This document shows, one piece after another, positions 38,977-53,609 of a DNA stretch of 64,000 nt. The DNA is taken from assembly GCA_964247055.1 (NCBI GenBank), contig OZ176051.1, forward strand, positions 6,882,001 to 6,946,000. The letters are read 5' to 3'. The stretch comes from Paragordius varius (lineage: Eukaryota > Animalia > Nematomorpha). The notes beneath the pieces were generated by a model. The model was not told where the DNA came from. It made no database searches and saw nothing but the letters and a program-made list of their open reading frames with translations. Position 1 is the stretch's first letter, and each line of letters begins with the position of its first letter. Both the position numbers and the translations under genes were made by a program.

Positions 38977-41900
38977 CTAAATTTTCATTTTAGATGTAAG
39001 GTATTCTTCCAGGGCGGTCAAATTTTCGGGTGTAGTTATATTTTGTCCAGAAAGTAATTCCGAGAAACGAACACCCCTAAAAATGATTGTGAGTGTCGCA
39101 ACAATGGCAAAAATGGTGAACACATAAAGGCAAATTCGATCCAAAACCATTGAAACAAATTTCCAGTCCATTGATATCTCATGGTCTCTGAACAAAAGAT
39201 ACAATATAATGTAAAATGAATAGATCCATACCTTAACTACCTTTTTGCAATAATAGTTTTTTTAGAATAGTAAATAGACTTAAGTTTGTTTTTTGGAGTA
39301 AAGTTTCCAACGTGACGTTCACAAAAATTATAGCATGTGTTTAAAGAAAATTTGGCAAATAACTATAAAAGATTCTTTATTTTCATAACAACTTTTAAAA
39401 TGCATTCCGTATAAAATACAACTATTAAATACGAATAAAATTCTATTGTTATCAACTATCAATAATTTTGGTAAGATTAAGCGGTGAATTAACAAAATCA
39501 GGGATGTTTGTGCATAAATATTTTCAAATTAGCATTCGTTATATGTAATTAGGTCGTCTAGTAGTTTATTATGATTCTTTATTTTCAATCTATGTGAAAC
39601 ATTTTTAAAAAGTTATATATTTTTTAATATTTATAGGGTTTGGAATACCAATCTATAGTTATTAGGATTCGAACAGAACTCAATATGGATAAAATTAATT
39701 TGGGCCTGATTTAATTTCCGTGAACCCATTTTGATTTTTATTACGACGATTTTGGTGCCAACAATTTGATGACGAACCGGATTCTATTTTTATTTCTTAT
39801 CGTTTCTGTACCACTTTTTCCGCCTAATTTCAAGCCTGTTTCAATATCATCTTTGGTTTTATTTACATATTTTTATATCATGATTTTGGCAAAACATATT
39901 AGATTTTGGTTATACTAACTATAAAAAAATATAATATTAATTGTCATCTCCTGAAAAATGAAACATTGATACTAAATAGGTTTGATAATTACCTTTCATC
40001 CTTCCTCATCTTATGTGTCATACATTTAAGCTCCTTAAATATTTTAGCCAAAACTTCGCAATCGCATACAGGCGATGTTCCCTTTTCTATTTTCTTATCT
40101 TTGCTCAAGTTGGTTTTTCCATCATTATCCATATTAAGGTTCGTTCCCTCATTGTTAATACTAATATGATTTTCTTTTGGAGTTTCATCTGTGCCCATAG
40201 TTGAAGGTTGTTTATACGTTACAGAATCAGATTCAGAATCAAAATCAATATTATGACATTGTTCTAGGGCATTTGCCATACCATCCTTATTTTCTTCTTT
40301 ATCTTTTGAACAACGGGTTAACATTCTTTGTGGGTGATTTTGGCGATAAAACCCGCTACTGTTATCCGAACTGAAAGAATCTTTAAACAAGCCAATGGGG
40401 ACTTTATAGTTGGTTAAGGCTAGACTCGGGTTCTTACTGCTGTGAAGGGAAAGCGTTTTGGTTAGAAAGACAGGAACATCTCCTTGATTGCTGGAGTTTG
40501 TTTCTTTTGTCACATCTTTGTTCGGATCATTTTTTGCCGATGCAAATGTTTGCCTCTTACTTTTTACTGTATTATCGTCTTCATTTGGACCATTGTGTGA
40601 ACTGATTTTAGCCCTGCCAATGGCATTTTCATCTGTAATACTGTTATTGTTGTTATTATTTTTGTTAAGATGTGCCATAGGATGATAGTTTTTTATAACA
40701 TCGCCATATTCAATACAATCATAATCATTGGGGGGATTTATACCGCCAGCCAAACTTTGCGAAGGATTTAGCTGGGAAGTCAGCAGACGATTTGGTTGAA
40801 GTTCATTCATATTAACCAGACTATAATCATAATTTTTGGGTGAAATCGAAAGCCATTTCTGTAGGGTTGGGGATAAATTTTCCTTTTTACCTTTGTTTAC
40901 AACACCCAAATGCTTTAGAATATTTAGTATCAATTCACTCCCCTTTTGGGTCCAACTCAGGTCAGAGGATACATTATTACTAGCCGAAAAATATCCGGCT
41001 GATAAATTACCATTAATAAAGGAAGAACCAAATTTTGCTATGGCAAATCGATTGGTGGGCGAGGGCGAATCTGCAGATTCTACATCTCCTCGAATGATAT
41101 TTGAATTCTTGAATATTGTACCTCCGTCACCTTTTCCATCAAAATAGATATTGTTATCTGTAAAGTTGTTCCTAGCTATTTGGGTGAATTTAGGATTCAT
41201 TCTGCATAGGGGAGAATGTGGAAAATTACAACGCAAAAAATCATTTTCTTGTAAATCACTCCAACTCGATTCTAGGCTCATAATCTCCCTCAGGATAAGA
41301 CGTGAATGTTTATCATGCAGTGCGATTTCTTCCAACTTTCGCTTGAGATCTGACAACTTTCTTTTTGCTGCTCGTTCTTTGTCAACTGGACGTTCCATCT
41401 TTAAAATTTTGGAGAGCCAATCAATAAAGATTTTTCGAATCTACGATGATACAGATTATTTTTATAATGTTATGCATTTATTTATATTTATAAGTAATTT
41501 TAAATTAAATCGCTCAAATTTATCCTATAAATAAAAAAGTAGTACCATGAAAGGCATGTGAAACGTTTCGGCATTTCGATTGTGAAAATTGAGTACTATA
41601 ACGGTCATTAAAACGGAAGCTGAACACATAACCATTATACAGGAAAAATAAATTCCTAAAAACAAACAAAGTATATAAATTATATTATCTGTTTTCAAAA
41701 TTTAGAATATTTTTATCGTTTTTGCAATTGAGCTTAATATCCCCCAAAAATATGAAAAATACCAATCAACGGGACTGAATCGGATGTTGGTGGCATTGTT
41801 TCAGCAACGAGCAATAAAAATACTGTCAACGAGAGTAAAATAGTGACACCTATTGATTGAAAAATAAATATATATACAGCTGAAATATCTAAAGACGGGT

Positions 41901-44900
41901 GAGCGCTAATAAGCGAGCGTTTGCCGCATAATACTCAATAGAGTAAAATTAATAACTCATATTATTATGAATCAAAGATTTACATGTATGTTTATTCCTC
42001 ACGTTTAAAAAAAGGGAATTGTTCAGAATCTAATAAATTAAATGCCGGATCAAAAATTTTAATATATTTTTATAACGACAAGAAACTTTTAATTTTAACC
42101 AGAAATATTTTTTTTAACGAATAAATAATGATCGCCGTCAATTGTATGTTTGAATTATTACAAGAGAAATGTTAACTAACTTATTCAAATTAAACTAATA
42201 TTTTTCACGGTAAAAAAAATGGAAAACCACCTACCCAATGTTAATTTTTCTCCAGAGTCAGGGGGTAGCGCAAACCCCAATAAGGTTATCGAAGAGATTA
42301 GAACACACGGTATTATGATATTGAAGCCATAATATAGAGTTCTCCTTCTAATAACAACGGTATATGTGATATCAACATAGGGTTCAGGACAGCAATCATA
42401 CTTTTTTACATTGTATGCCGCTGGTACGCCTAAATGTACAATTTTAAATAAAAAAATAAAATTATAAAGGGTAGACTCTTTTTATTTAAACAAAATATAT
42501 TTTCCCATGATTTTTACAATTTAACTTTGATTATAACTCTGAAATACTAAATTTAGTATGTTATTGATTCATTACTAGATTATTTTATGGCAACTCAAAA
42601 CAATAAAAATAAGTTATATTTTTAAATTTTTATCATTATATTTTAATAATTTTTACAGTAATTTTGAGGTTTAATTTTATGGAACCAGAACATCTTTGAA
42701 ATTTAAATAATTATTTATATAATTTTAAATTTGATAGATTTAACTTACCCAATAAATCCCATTCTCCATTTTGGAGATAGGTTGATAAATCCGCAGTTGG
42801 TGCCTTCATTTTCAAATCAATTTTGAATCCGTTGTAAGTCCATGAACCAAACTTCAATGGACATCTCTACGTTAATGCGTAAGATTGCAAAAAAATCTTA
42901 TATCATAAAAGTCTGAAACTATACAGTATTATTACAGTAAAAACTGAAATTATACAGACAAAACGTAATAATATAAGGGCAAATATTTTTTCTAAAAGAC
43001 AAGCACACTTTTTAAATCTTGATTTATTATGCAACTTATTGTTTAAAGTGGAAAGTCTGGAATAGAGATATATATTACTAACACAGCTATTTCTATATTT
43101 TACAATTGTTACTAAATAGCTTGTTCATAGGAGAAAATTAAGGTTTTAAAAAGTATAGTTGTCTTTTAGATATAAAAATATTTGTCTTAATATTTTACGT
43201 TTGTCCGTATAATTTCCATATTTACTGTACTCAATTCCAATTAAAAAATACCAACTAAATTGAGATAAAATCGTTCTTAAAAACTTCACGAGATAATGAC
43301 AGTACCTGAAAATCAAAAGGGAACCATTTAATGTCAATTTTACAAGTGCTCTTTAGAATGCCTGGAGGTATGTATGATATGGTACCATCATGCTTTATAA
43401 CTGCATTAGTTTGGAAAGTTCCATCAAACCTTTCATCTGCGCTACAAATTAAAAAATAGAATATTTTTGATTCTGGGGCGAGGATTAAGTATTTAAGCTA
43501 ATTGCAACATATATCTTAGGTTAAGTATAATTCAGTAAAATTATTTTGATAGTTAAAAGTTACCTATTATACATAAGGATATCGGGTCTCCAAACCTTAT
43601 TTGCCGATACTCTGATATCTTGCACTCCACCATATTCGCTAACATTCCATGATAAATTAATATCTTTCCATTCCTAGTTTGTGTAAAAAACGATAAAATC
43701 AACGATCAGAACCGGAACCATAACCTTTTTTAAACAGACCAAAAAGTATTTATTGATAGCTTAAGAGCGGCTCCTTACAGTTTTAAAATATTCATTCAAT
43801 TTTTTATATATAAATAAAATATTAACCATTAAATACGATTGTATTCTATTTTATCAGACGGAATTAAATCTTATTATTTTGGATTTTTTGACAAAAAGTG
43901 GCAATTATTTAATTTTTATGACATATTTATATTGTTATCATTTTAGCTCCATTAATTCGCCTTCTGTCATAAATGAAAAATTGTTAATAAAAAATTCCAA
44001 AATCAGAATCATATCATATTAAAACAATTAAACTGGGGAACCAAATTTATTTACAAGTAAACACCAGAAACATTTTGTATAAAAACGCTTTTTTTAATTA
44101 AACAAAGGTTGAAAAGCATCAAGAAATTGGCTTCAAACTAAAAGCGGAACCCTAAACTTGTTATAATTTAACTAATGTCAAATGAGGCCACATTATAACC
44201 GGTTTAAACCGTTATAGCTTTCGTTCTGGCTTGCCAGGAATAATTGAAAGTTTTTAATAAAAGCGTTTAAAAAAATTAGCAGAGTTCTGATTTTTCTTAA
44301 TCTAATTCCGTAAACATAAACTATTTAACACAGAATTATAAATATGATTTAATTTCTTATACCAGGTCCAGCCAAACATTTGAAATGAGGATTTGATTCT
44401 TTTCATCCTAATATTAAAAACGAACATAAAAATAAAAAAATTAAAATTTTTTGAGAATATAAGCTTCGCGAATTTGGAAAAAAAACAGTTACCCGACATA
44501 TATTTTATATTACAGCGAAATAGATGGTACAGTAAATGTTAATTTTTAATATCAAGAATTTTTTTTTTAATCCATATGGCATTTTTTTATCCTTTTAAAA
44601 GTTGTTTTACAAGCATATAAAAAATAACACTTACATATATATTTAAATGTACTTACATGTCCCTTTTCGGTACACATATATGAGAGATATATATTAACAT
44701 TGCAATATGTTCCCCTTCTCGCTACATGGTAACATTGCATATGTGTTTTGCCTACTTCACTAAATAATTTTTTAGGTATATATAATTTTTTTTATAAAAA
44801 ATTAAATTTATAATAATTAATTAAAAAATATTTAAGAAAAGACTATAAAAAAATATATTTAAATTTACATATAAATCGCTTATGTGCGTAATAAAACTTG

Positions 44901-47011
44901 TATTATACAAATTTAAATATTGATTTGATATTGCGACTTTTTTTGAAAACACTGTATCACCTAAAATTAGTTAAACTGAGAAATGTCACGAAAAATGGTA
45001 AAATAATACCATTTATAATTATTTATTTTACAAGTGGTAATTTATTTGAGCAAATATTTTTGACAATTTTTTTGGTGTGCTCATAATACTTAAGAAAATG
45101 AATGTGCTGAATATTTTCAAGAATTTGAGTTAAGTTTTCAATCAATTCTTCCACATTGAAATGGCTTATTAATGTGTCATAGTTTGAATCTGATGTTGAT
45201 GGCAAACTTTCATCTATACTATCTTCTTCACAAAAACTATACATTTATTCTAAATTTCTTTTTGACAAAATAATAAAAACTTAATATTTTTTATAAAAAA
45301 AATATATAAACTTATAAATTAAAAATCAAAGTATGCACAACACATAACATACTGATTAATACCTAATTTTGTAAAAAATGTTATATCAAACCTAAATATT
45401 TATCAAGTAAGCAAAACACATATGCAATGTTACCATTTCTCAAATAAGAAATGTAGCGAGAAGAGGAACATATTGCAATGTTAATATATATCTCTCATAT
45501 ATGTGTACCGAAAAGGGACATGTAAGTACATTTTATATATGTAAGTGTTATCTTTTATATGCTTGTAAAACAACTTTTAAAAAAATAAAAAAATGCCACA
45601 TGGATTAAAAAAACAATTCTTGATATTAAAAATTAACATTTACTGTATTATTTTTATATATGTTAAATCCTGAAAGACTTTTTACCACATACTTTGTTAA
45701 TTTTTACTTGTCCATCGAAATTACTGAATCATATAATTTTTCCATTAAGGGTAATAGAAATTTCTGGTTTGGGCATAAACAAATGTGATTTTTTCGGCTT
45801 TTGAAAAACTGGTGTATTTTATTATGAATTTTAACTTTACAAACTTTAAATGAACCTTAAAATTGATATAATATGGATATTATATTTTTGCAAATAAAGA
45901 ATATTGGCTCAAATATGGAATTTATATCCATTTGAGGTTTGTAATTAAAAACGATAAATATATATATATATATATATAATTAAATTCGGTATTTTAAAAT
46001 TTATACTTAATAGATTGATTATATTGAACGAAAAATATAATGAAAAAAAGTTATCATATCCAACTATACTATGTTTGATGAATTAATTTTTTTAAAAAAA
46101 TTATTGGTATTTCTGTCAAATTTTTCAAATATGGAATAATATCAAACTCTTTTATTAAGAGTAATATTGAAATTTTGATTAACCATAAATCTCTATTGAT
46201 ACTATAAACCACACAATTCCACTCGTGATGAATTAAATATATATATTTATATATATATTCCACCAATAGTTAAACAACAATGTATGATATCTAACAAAGA
46301 ACCGTATCAATAAGTATATATTGCGTGATCCATACCAGTAAGGTTTAATTTGAAATTTTATCATACTTTTCAGTGTACACCACCAATTTTTTGAGGACTT
46401 TTTGAACGAACACATTGTGTGTCAAATTGATATGTACAGTAAGGTTAAAATTATTTTGGTCCTTATACAAAAGTTAAAAATGTAAAGTCTATATTCTATA
46501 TTTTCGATTGATTAAGAGAGCTTACACGATATTATTAATTTAAAAAATGAATGTTATCAAAATCATTTTCGGCTGCCATAAAAGTAAAGTAATTAAAATA
46601 GCACTTTATATGTCTAATCCAATTTTATCACTGACAAATATTACGATTAAATGTATTCAAGAACTCCTTGATAAAAAAATAATGTATGAACGTAAAAATA
46701 ATTGATTTCCTTTGAAAATAGAATTTTATTTTGCCATTAAATACTTACAACATCTATAATTTGTTGCAAAGTAATTCCCAAAGTTACATTGAGCGTTTCT
46801 TCCTCGTGTTCCACGGGCCGCTCCAAATTTTCGTAATCTTGGAACAAATCTTTTATTAATTTCTTTTCAGCGTTTCCTTGAAGTGTGGGTCGTACAATAA
46901 CTGTTCAAATAAATTGTAATTAAATGTAAAAACAATTTTATAGATTCCATATATTTATAAAATAAGAATATTGAATTAGTACCTACCAATTATAATACCC
47001 ATGTGTATCAT
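38977..47011 (-). CDS. Nicotinic acetylcholine receptor alpha subunit, alpha7-like, ~878 aa, 11 exons (first exon tentative)
   Basis: Exons 47011-46987, 46900-46749, 44407-44363, 43673-43564, 43441-43306, 42866-42749, 42429-42235, 41849-41763, 41655-41546, 41440-39993 and 39187-38977. Cys-loop [15 protein letters not shown], loop [10 protein letters not shown]2 [27 protein letters not shown]4 [13 protein letters not shown]. Confidence 0.93.
44530..45645. mobile_element. TA-flanked element with ~240-bp near-perfect TIRs in nAChR intron 2
   Basis: TA|CAGTAAATGTTAA...TTAACATTTACTG|TA. Arms at ~44530-44760 and ~45405-45645 match closely. Confidence 0.85.
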
Positions 47012-47680
47012 TTGTTAATGCAATTAATTTACCTCTCTTAAAAATTACCTGAGTTTTGGCATCACAACCTAACATTAGAAGCCCTCGCGTATTTATTTGA
47101 GAAATTATAGGAAAACGTAAATTAATTATGCGCGTGAAAATTTAACGGATATAATTTACTTATATGAACACTGATAAAAATATTTTCTGAATTTGACTCT
47201 AAACAGTTTTGACACACAATAAAATTTAGTTAAGATAAAACAATGCTTACTATTAAACTTTTTGCAGATGTCAGGCACCAGGCTCTTAGTTTCTAATTTG
47301 ATGCAATATGAGATATATAATTTCAAAAAAAATTTAACCAAATTATTCAACTCAATCACAGCTACGTTGTATACTACTTTCTGCTATTTTATCATTTCTC
47401 CAATTCACATGTAATATTATAAATGATGATTTAAAATAGATTGATATAATTGCTATTGATAAGTCAAAACAATTAACATTGTCTCTTCAAGGCATATGAC
47501 CTGGTTGATATTCAAGGCACGTTTTTTTGAATAATTTTTTTTACTTCAAAATGGCCTTAATTTAACCCTCTCTTAGTTTCGTTATGATTACGCTTTTCAA
47601 GAGGTTTCGTAATTTAGCTAGCAGGATTATTACAACAGAAACATTTATGCGTAAATACAAAAAACCTAAAAAGCATGAAC

Positions 47681-47711
<31 letters not shown>

Positions 47712-49873
47712 GTTGTCACATTAAAATGACACACACAATCTTATAATTATATGGATTTTTTCTTTACGTTCATTTTTTTTCTGTTAGAATCATTAGCAGA
47801 GTTTTAGCCTTGTATGTCGACTATTAATTTAAGGAGCACACTAGTTAAACGCCATGTATTCAACAAGCTGTAATAAATTATATCGTATGGGAACATGATA
47901 TTTTGTGAATTGGTATTCATAAAATATGTCAATTTGAGACATTATTCATTCATTATGAAATAAAGATATTTATGCGTTAATTTAACTCTAAATTTAGTCA
48001 AAGATTAAAATGCTAAACTAGAATTTAGTTGAAACAACTTGCGATGAATCATCGATAAACAACCATATTATGGGGTTTTGAATTAAGATTTTAATGGTTA
48101 ATACATGGATATATATGTCTACGCCTAAATACCACATTATGTAACATGCAAAAATTATTATTGTATACCTGTTGTATTATTTACTTTATTTTTTCTAATC
48201 GCCCATTAAAATTCTCATATAACTCAATAATATGGTTAAGAGTTATGCCAAAATATTGTCATAATAGTTAATATTTAAGCTTGTAAGTGGGGGGAGTGCC
48301 GTATACAACCACATGGATTATTATAGCAGTTTTATTACGAAAAAATAATAAAAAAATTTGCACTCATCTCACACGCGTTTTTGAAATTTCAAAATTTATA
48401 TTCAAAAAGATTCATCAACTTTAAGTATTACAAATAATATATATAAAGCTCTGATTTGCTTAATCTAACCCTAACTTTGGCAAATATTTGGAATAAAAAG
48501 CAACATATATTATGGATGTTATTATTTCTATTGATTGCCTTACATAATAATAATAATAATACAATATAATTAATTATGTGCTAATTATTATTGTTTTATT
48601 TGCCATGACATTGATTTAAGACAATAAAGATTAATTTTTGATATATATATGTCTATAATTATCCATTTTTTTCGGAAAGCTTCAATATAAATAATTTAAT
48701 TTAAAAAAATTGAGAGATCCAAAAAAACTGGGAATCAAGGGATTATATTTTAAATTAATATTTACTATATTACAGTTAGTTAATCAACCATTTGCTTTGA
48801 TTTAAGCTAAAACCTAAAAAATAAAAAAAGCTAAAAAACCAAAAAAAATGATTATGTGTTTTAGAATAATGCTGACCAAAACATATATCAGATTAACTTT
48901 CATCATAATCCTTCATTTATGGAATTAATAATAGATGGATGAAAAAATATAAATTTGTAATTTTAATCCGTTGTTCGTTCTTGGTTTAAAAATTAAGGGG
49001 GTGCTAGCTAGTTAAAATATTAGGGAAAAACTGAATTTATTTTAAAAAACAATATATTGTCCTAATTAATGTTGGGAATTATATAATTCAGCAATTATTT
49101 AATAATTTAAAATCTAAAGCATGAATTTTTATAAAAACTTCGATTATAAAAATAAAAAAATTTAAACTAAGAATATACATATATAATTTATTGGTGAAAT
49201 AAATGTTATTATATATAAATATTTAAATAACTCACCTATAAAGAATATCCAAGATAATATAGACAGGTTTGAAAGATTGGTATTTAAAAAGTTTTTGAAT
49301 ATCATATATTTATGATCCAAGAATAACTATATATATGTCTATATTTTTTATTATATTATTAATATATTAATTTCCAAGGGGCTGATTGTATGGGAAAATT
49401 TTGGGAAAAAAATTATAAATTTTTAGCTTCTTACTAAAAATTGGAATGATACATTATTATCATATAGATTGAAATATTATATACATAAATGATATTAGTT
49501 AACACACTAAATAATATTAATAGAAATAATAATATAATAAAATAAATTATGAAGATTGAATATGATGTTGGAAAAAATTAAATTACAAAGTCCAAATATA
49601 TGAGAATTTTCATAGTTTTTACCAAGCAAATTGAAAAAGTAACATATTTTTTATTTGCAATTTTGATACACGTATGAATCTTATCATTATAAATTTTGGA
49701 TTGTAGTGTAAAGTTTAGGGAATAAATTTTATAAAAATTTAGATGGTTTAAATATAAATTATTAAAAAGTTATTTATGATTTATATTTATACTAATTCCG
49801 CTAAACAGCGATAACTGTTTTTTTAACGAATAAGTAAAATTCAATTTTTAGCTACAGAGTAAAATATGGAAAC

Positions 49874-49904
<31 letters not shown>

Positions 49905-50149
49905 AACACCGTTTGTGTTCATGGTAGGAAAACCAAATACGGAGGAAAATGTATCGATAAGCATAAGGAATAGAATAGATATTTTTTATTTAATTACAAC
50001 ATATTTGATTGGATCTCGAGAAACTATTTATATGCAGGAAATTACGATGCAAACTCTGCGTGTAAAAAATATTTAACAAATATTTAATGAGTTAACTTAT
50101 GACGGCATTTGTCGCAAAAAAGGCTTACGACCTGGTTTTTAAAATATTG

Positions 50150-51000
50150 AGCGAAAATCGAAATGGGGCAAAAAGTGAAAGTTAATGATGAAACTTTATA
50201 AGGTTTATTATCATTTCATCAGATATTTTACAAAATAACCTAAAATCATATAGTTAAATTAAAACTCAGATTTAATAATCGTGGTCCTTGAACATAGTTA
50301 AATTACAAAATTTTTTTATGAAGCTATATTAAACTAATTTTTTAATTATTTACTAGCTAAACTACTATTAAAATCTTAACATGTTTTATACAGTAACACT
50401 AACTTATATATCAAAATAAAACTAAATAAATATTGTTTTTTATTTTATTTTTTGTCATCTGGTTGAGTGTATAAAAAACATACTGTTTTATTGGAATCGA
50501 AAGGGAATTTAAATTATATAAATTATTTAAAATAGGATATACAAGTAGTGTATTAACCAAAAATCCCTACAAATCTTAGTAAAATATTATTTTTGTACGG
50601 ATTTGATTGATATTCCACTACTTGTATATCCTATTTTATAATAATTTATATACTTTATAAATCCATCTCAAGTAAGATTCCAATAAAATTTTTATACATA
50701 TGAAAATATAAAAATATTTTTTAGTATAAATCAGGAATGTTAAGATAATAGTAATTTTAGCTGGATAATAATTAAAAATATTTTAATATAGTTTCATAAA
50801 TTTTTTTTATAAGTATGCTCGAAAAACACCATTTTCTATCTAACTATTAATAAATCCCTAACTATATGATTTTAGATTATTTATAAATTGTAAATATCTG
50901 ATAAGATGATGATAACAAACCTTGATATTTCAAGTTTTATCATTATTTTTATTATCTACTAAACTCAATAAAGTTGCTCTTGAAAAGTAAATTATACACC
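50150..51000. repeat. Foldback (long imperfect palindrome) centred near 50585, boundaries approximate
   Basis: AAAATAGGATATACAAGTAGTG / CACTACTTGTATATCCTATTTT inner arms. Outer arms ~50200-50340 versus ~50780-50930. Confidence 0.7.
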
Positions 51001-51879
51001 AAATAATGATTATCAATATACTTACAAAATGTCTAATTACTATTATAAACGATTTAAATTTTTAATGTCGCGGGGTTTTTTAAATCTCTCCCGAAGGCTG
51101 ATAATACCAGATACATTTTTCGACATATATTTTTATTCATTGTCCAAATATTGCAATTATAATATCCATAAAATATTTTAAGAAAAGGAACAAAACAAAA
51201 TATGTTTTTTTCATTTTTGTCCCTTTTTAGTTTTTAAATAATATAGAACTTTAGTTTGGTCAATTATATCATCCATGTAATTCGCAAAGGAGACGAACGA
51301 TAAGATCTCTGTTAAAATTATTGATTTACTGTGTTGATTGTTTATTAATAATTATTCTGACATAAACTATATTACACGGAATCATGTAATACATGATTGA
51401 TTTTGACACATAACTCTAATCAAATGATTAAAACATAATTAATCCTTGATATGTATGGTAGATCAATTCTCATATCTTAAATATAAAAGTCCCACCCCTT
51501 CAAATGACAAATAGAATTTTTTATTTGATAAAAATATATAAGACAATTACTTTTCCATAAATAACTAATGTCTTTATATATTATGAGCTAATTTCAGGCT
51601 GTTCTCTCTGTTAAGTAAGGTACGATTTCGTAGAGATGCTTTTGCTACAAATAGACAAATAAAACGACCGTCCAGTAACATTAATTTTAATGGTTAATCT
51701 TAAACTAGTTTCCTCCTTGTATAAATTTTTTTTAAAATATCATTTTTTGAAAAGTTTGTTCTAGTTGTATATTTAAAACTTATCCACAGGCATAATATTT
51801 TTCGTCTCATTTTATATTGAAAAATTGGCAGAAACATTTAGGATATGAGAGAACAAAAACGGAAATTATTGTTACTTTC

Positions 51880-52590
51880 TCATAAATTAGTGTTCTCCAT
51901 TTTTGACGATCCTGTGATTCTCTCAACAATTGAAGAAAAGTTAGGTTTGTTATTGATTTAAGCATGTCGATCCTTCGCTTTTGGGGTCGGCCCCTTCTGC
52001 GGGTGCCATCTATCAACCCAAAGTATGCTTTTTTCTAGCGAGTCGGATCGCAGGATATGACCCAGATATTTTAGCTGTTTAAAGATTATTAAATCGTGAA
52101 GTAAAAATTCGGGTTTGATGAGGTTGAGGATATAAGAATTGGAGATGTGGGCTTTCCAGGAGATAATCAATATTTTTCGAAAGCACCACATTTGAAAAGA
52201 GTTTATGCGGGCCTTGTCAATGGATTTGCATATCCATGATTCGGACCCATAAATTGCCACGGGGTATTTCATCTCCTTCAGGATGGCAAGTTTGGTTGGA
52301 AGTCTTATGACCGACGAGTTCCAAATTTTGGACAGTTTACCCATAGTAGCACGTTCCAATGCTAGCCGTGCTCGTATGTCGGGATCCGAGCTACCGTCGG
52401 ATGTATTTATGGAGCCTAAATATTTACAGTGATCGGTTAGTCCGATGGGGGAGTTATTGATTGAAAATGGTAGTTGTGGAGCGTTTAGAATCATTATTTT
52501 AGATTTAGCTGGGTTCAGCTTAAGACCCATCAAACTTGCTTCGATGGTGAGATTATTTAAAAGATAGGTCATGTCCGTGTGGAATTCTGT
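51880..52590 (-). mobile_element. 5'-truncated RTE-clade LINE (C-terminal part of ORF)
   Basis: KYLGS...DIRARLALERA...YGSESW...FQMWCFRKIL.ISW...KYLGHILR and, after a frameshift, GTRRRGRPQKRRID. Confidence 0.85.
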
Positions 52591-53609
52591 ACTTATTCTC
52601 ATAAAAAATTAAATAAATAACTGCCATTTTTCATATCCGATTGTACCATATTTACCGATTCTTTATGTGCCGCAGTCACATGTAATTAGGACCCTCAAAA
52701 AACTAGAGTAAATGGGCTTCTAAATCCTCTAATATTAAAATAGGTGAAGACAAAAAAATTATTAATTTTATTTCATTTAAAGCTTAAAAATTATCTTGCA
52801 CTTCTGTTCCAAAGCTCTATGATATAAGAAATGCCATACCTGGGTTTATGAACGCGCGAGTAAATGATATTTCCTAAATCAATCATTTTATAATTTATAT
52901 TAATTATTCTTATCTAAAACAATTATACGGTCATGTTTAATGGCTATTTCAATAATGTTTATTAATATTGAGGTGTTTGATATAAAATACAACATAATCT
53001 TTGGGTTTAAATTGATTTTAAAGTTGTTTACAAATAAAATTTTAGGTATTTAAATTTGTACGATCAAAAAACTTTTTTATACTATACCGATATTGATTAC
53101 CTTTAAAAAATTTTAATTTAGATATAGCATATAGCATTCCCTGTTTGTATAATTTATTTCCTGCTATTATAATCTTTGAAATTTGTTAAGGAAGGAATGG
53201 TAGGATACCAAGGACATAACGAAGACACTGCATGCATAATTAAAAAAAATTTTTTTCCCGTTTAACTCATCATATTTATTCAAAAATACCATATCGTATT
53301 ATTTAATTTTTTTTTGGTAATATTTATCCAGCGTATGGTTTTATATAAATATATTTTAGATATCTTAAAATTTGTTGACTAATTCCTTATAATTGTCTAT
53401 TAGCTTTCTCGAAATGATAAATTTTATAGTCGCTACTTAGCAATATCATCATTGTCGTTTTGGGATTGTATACAAACTCACTCGTGGTATCATTGGTAAC
53501 CCCAATGATATTTGTTATCAATTTGATAAAAAAATTAATCTAAAATAATTGAAACAATCTACTAATCTTTATTTCAAGTACTTTTTAAAAAAAAGCTTAA
53601 TAAATTTTA

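Noticed and set aside
39906-41534. Five plus-strand ORFs (39906, 40013, 40488, 40836, 41151)
   Set aside because: Antisense shadows of the large nAChR exon with no independent protein features.
41890-41960. Possible duplicated M2 exon (like insect alpha6 mutually exclusive exons)
   Set aside because: Only ~20 AT-rich bases resemble the true M2 exon. The frame has stops and there are no matching splice sites.
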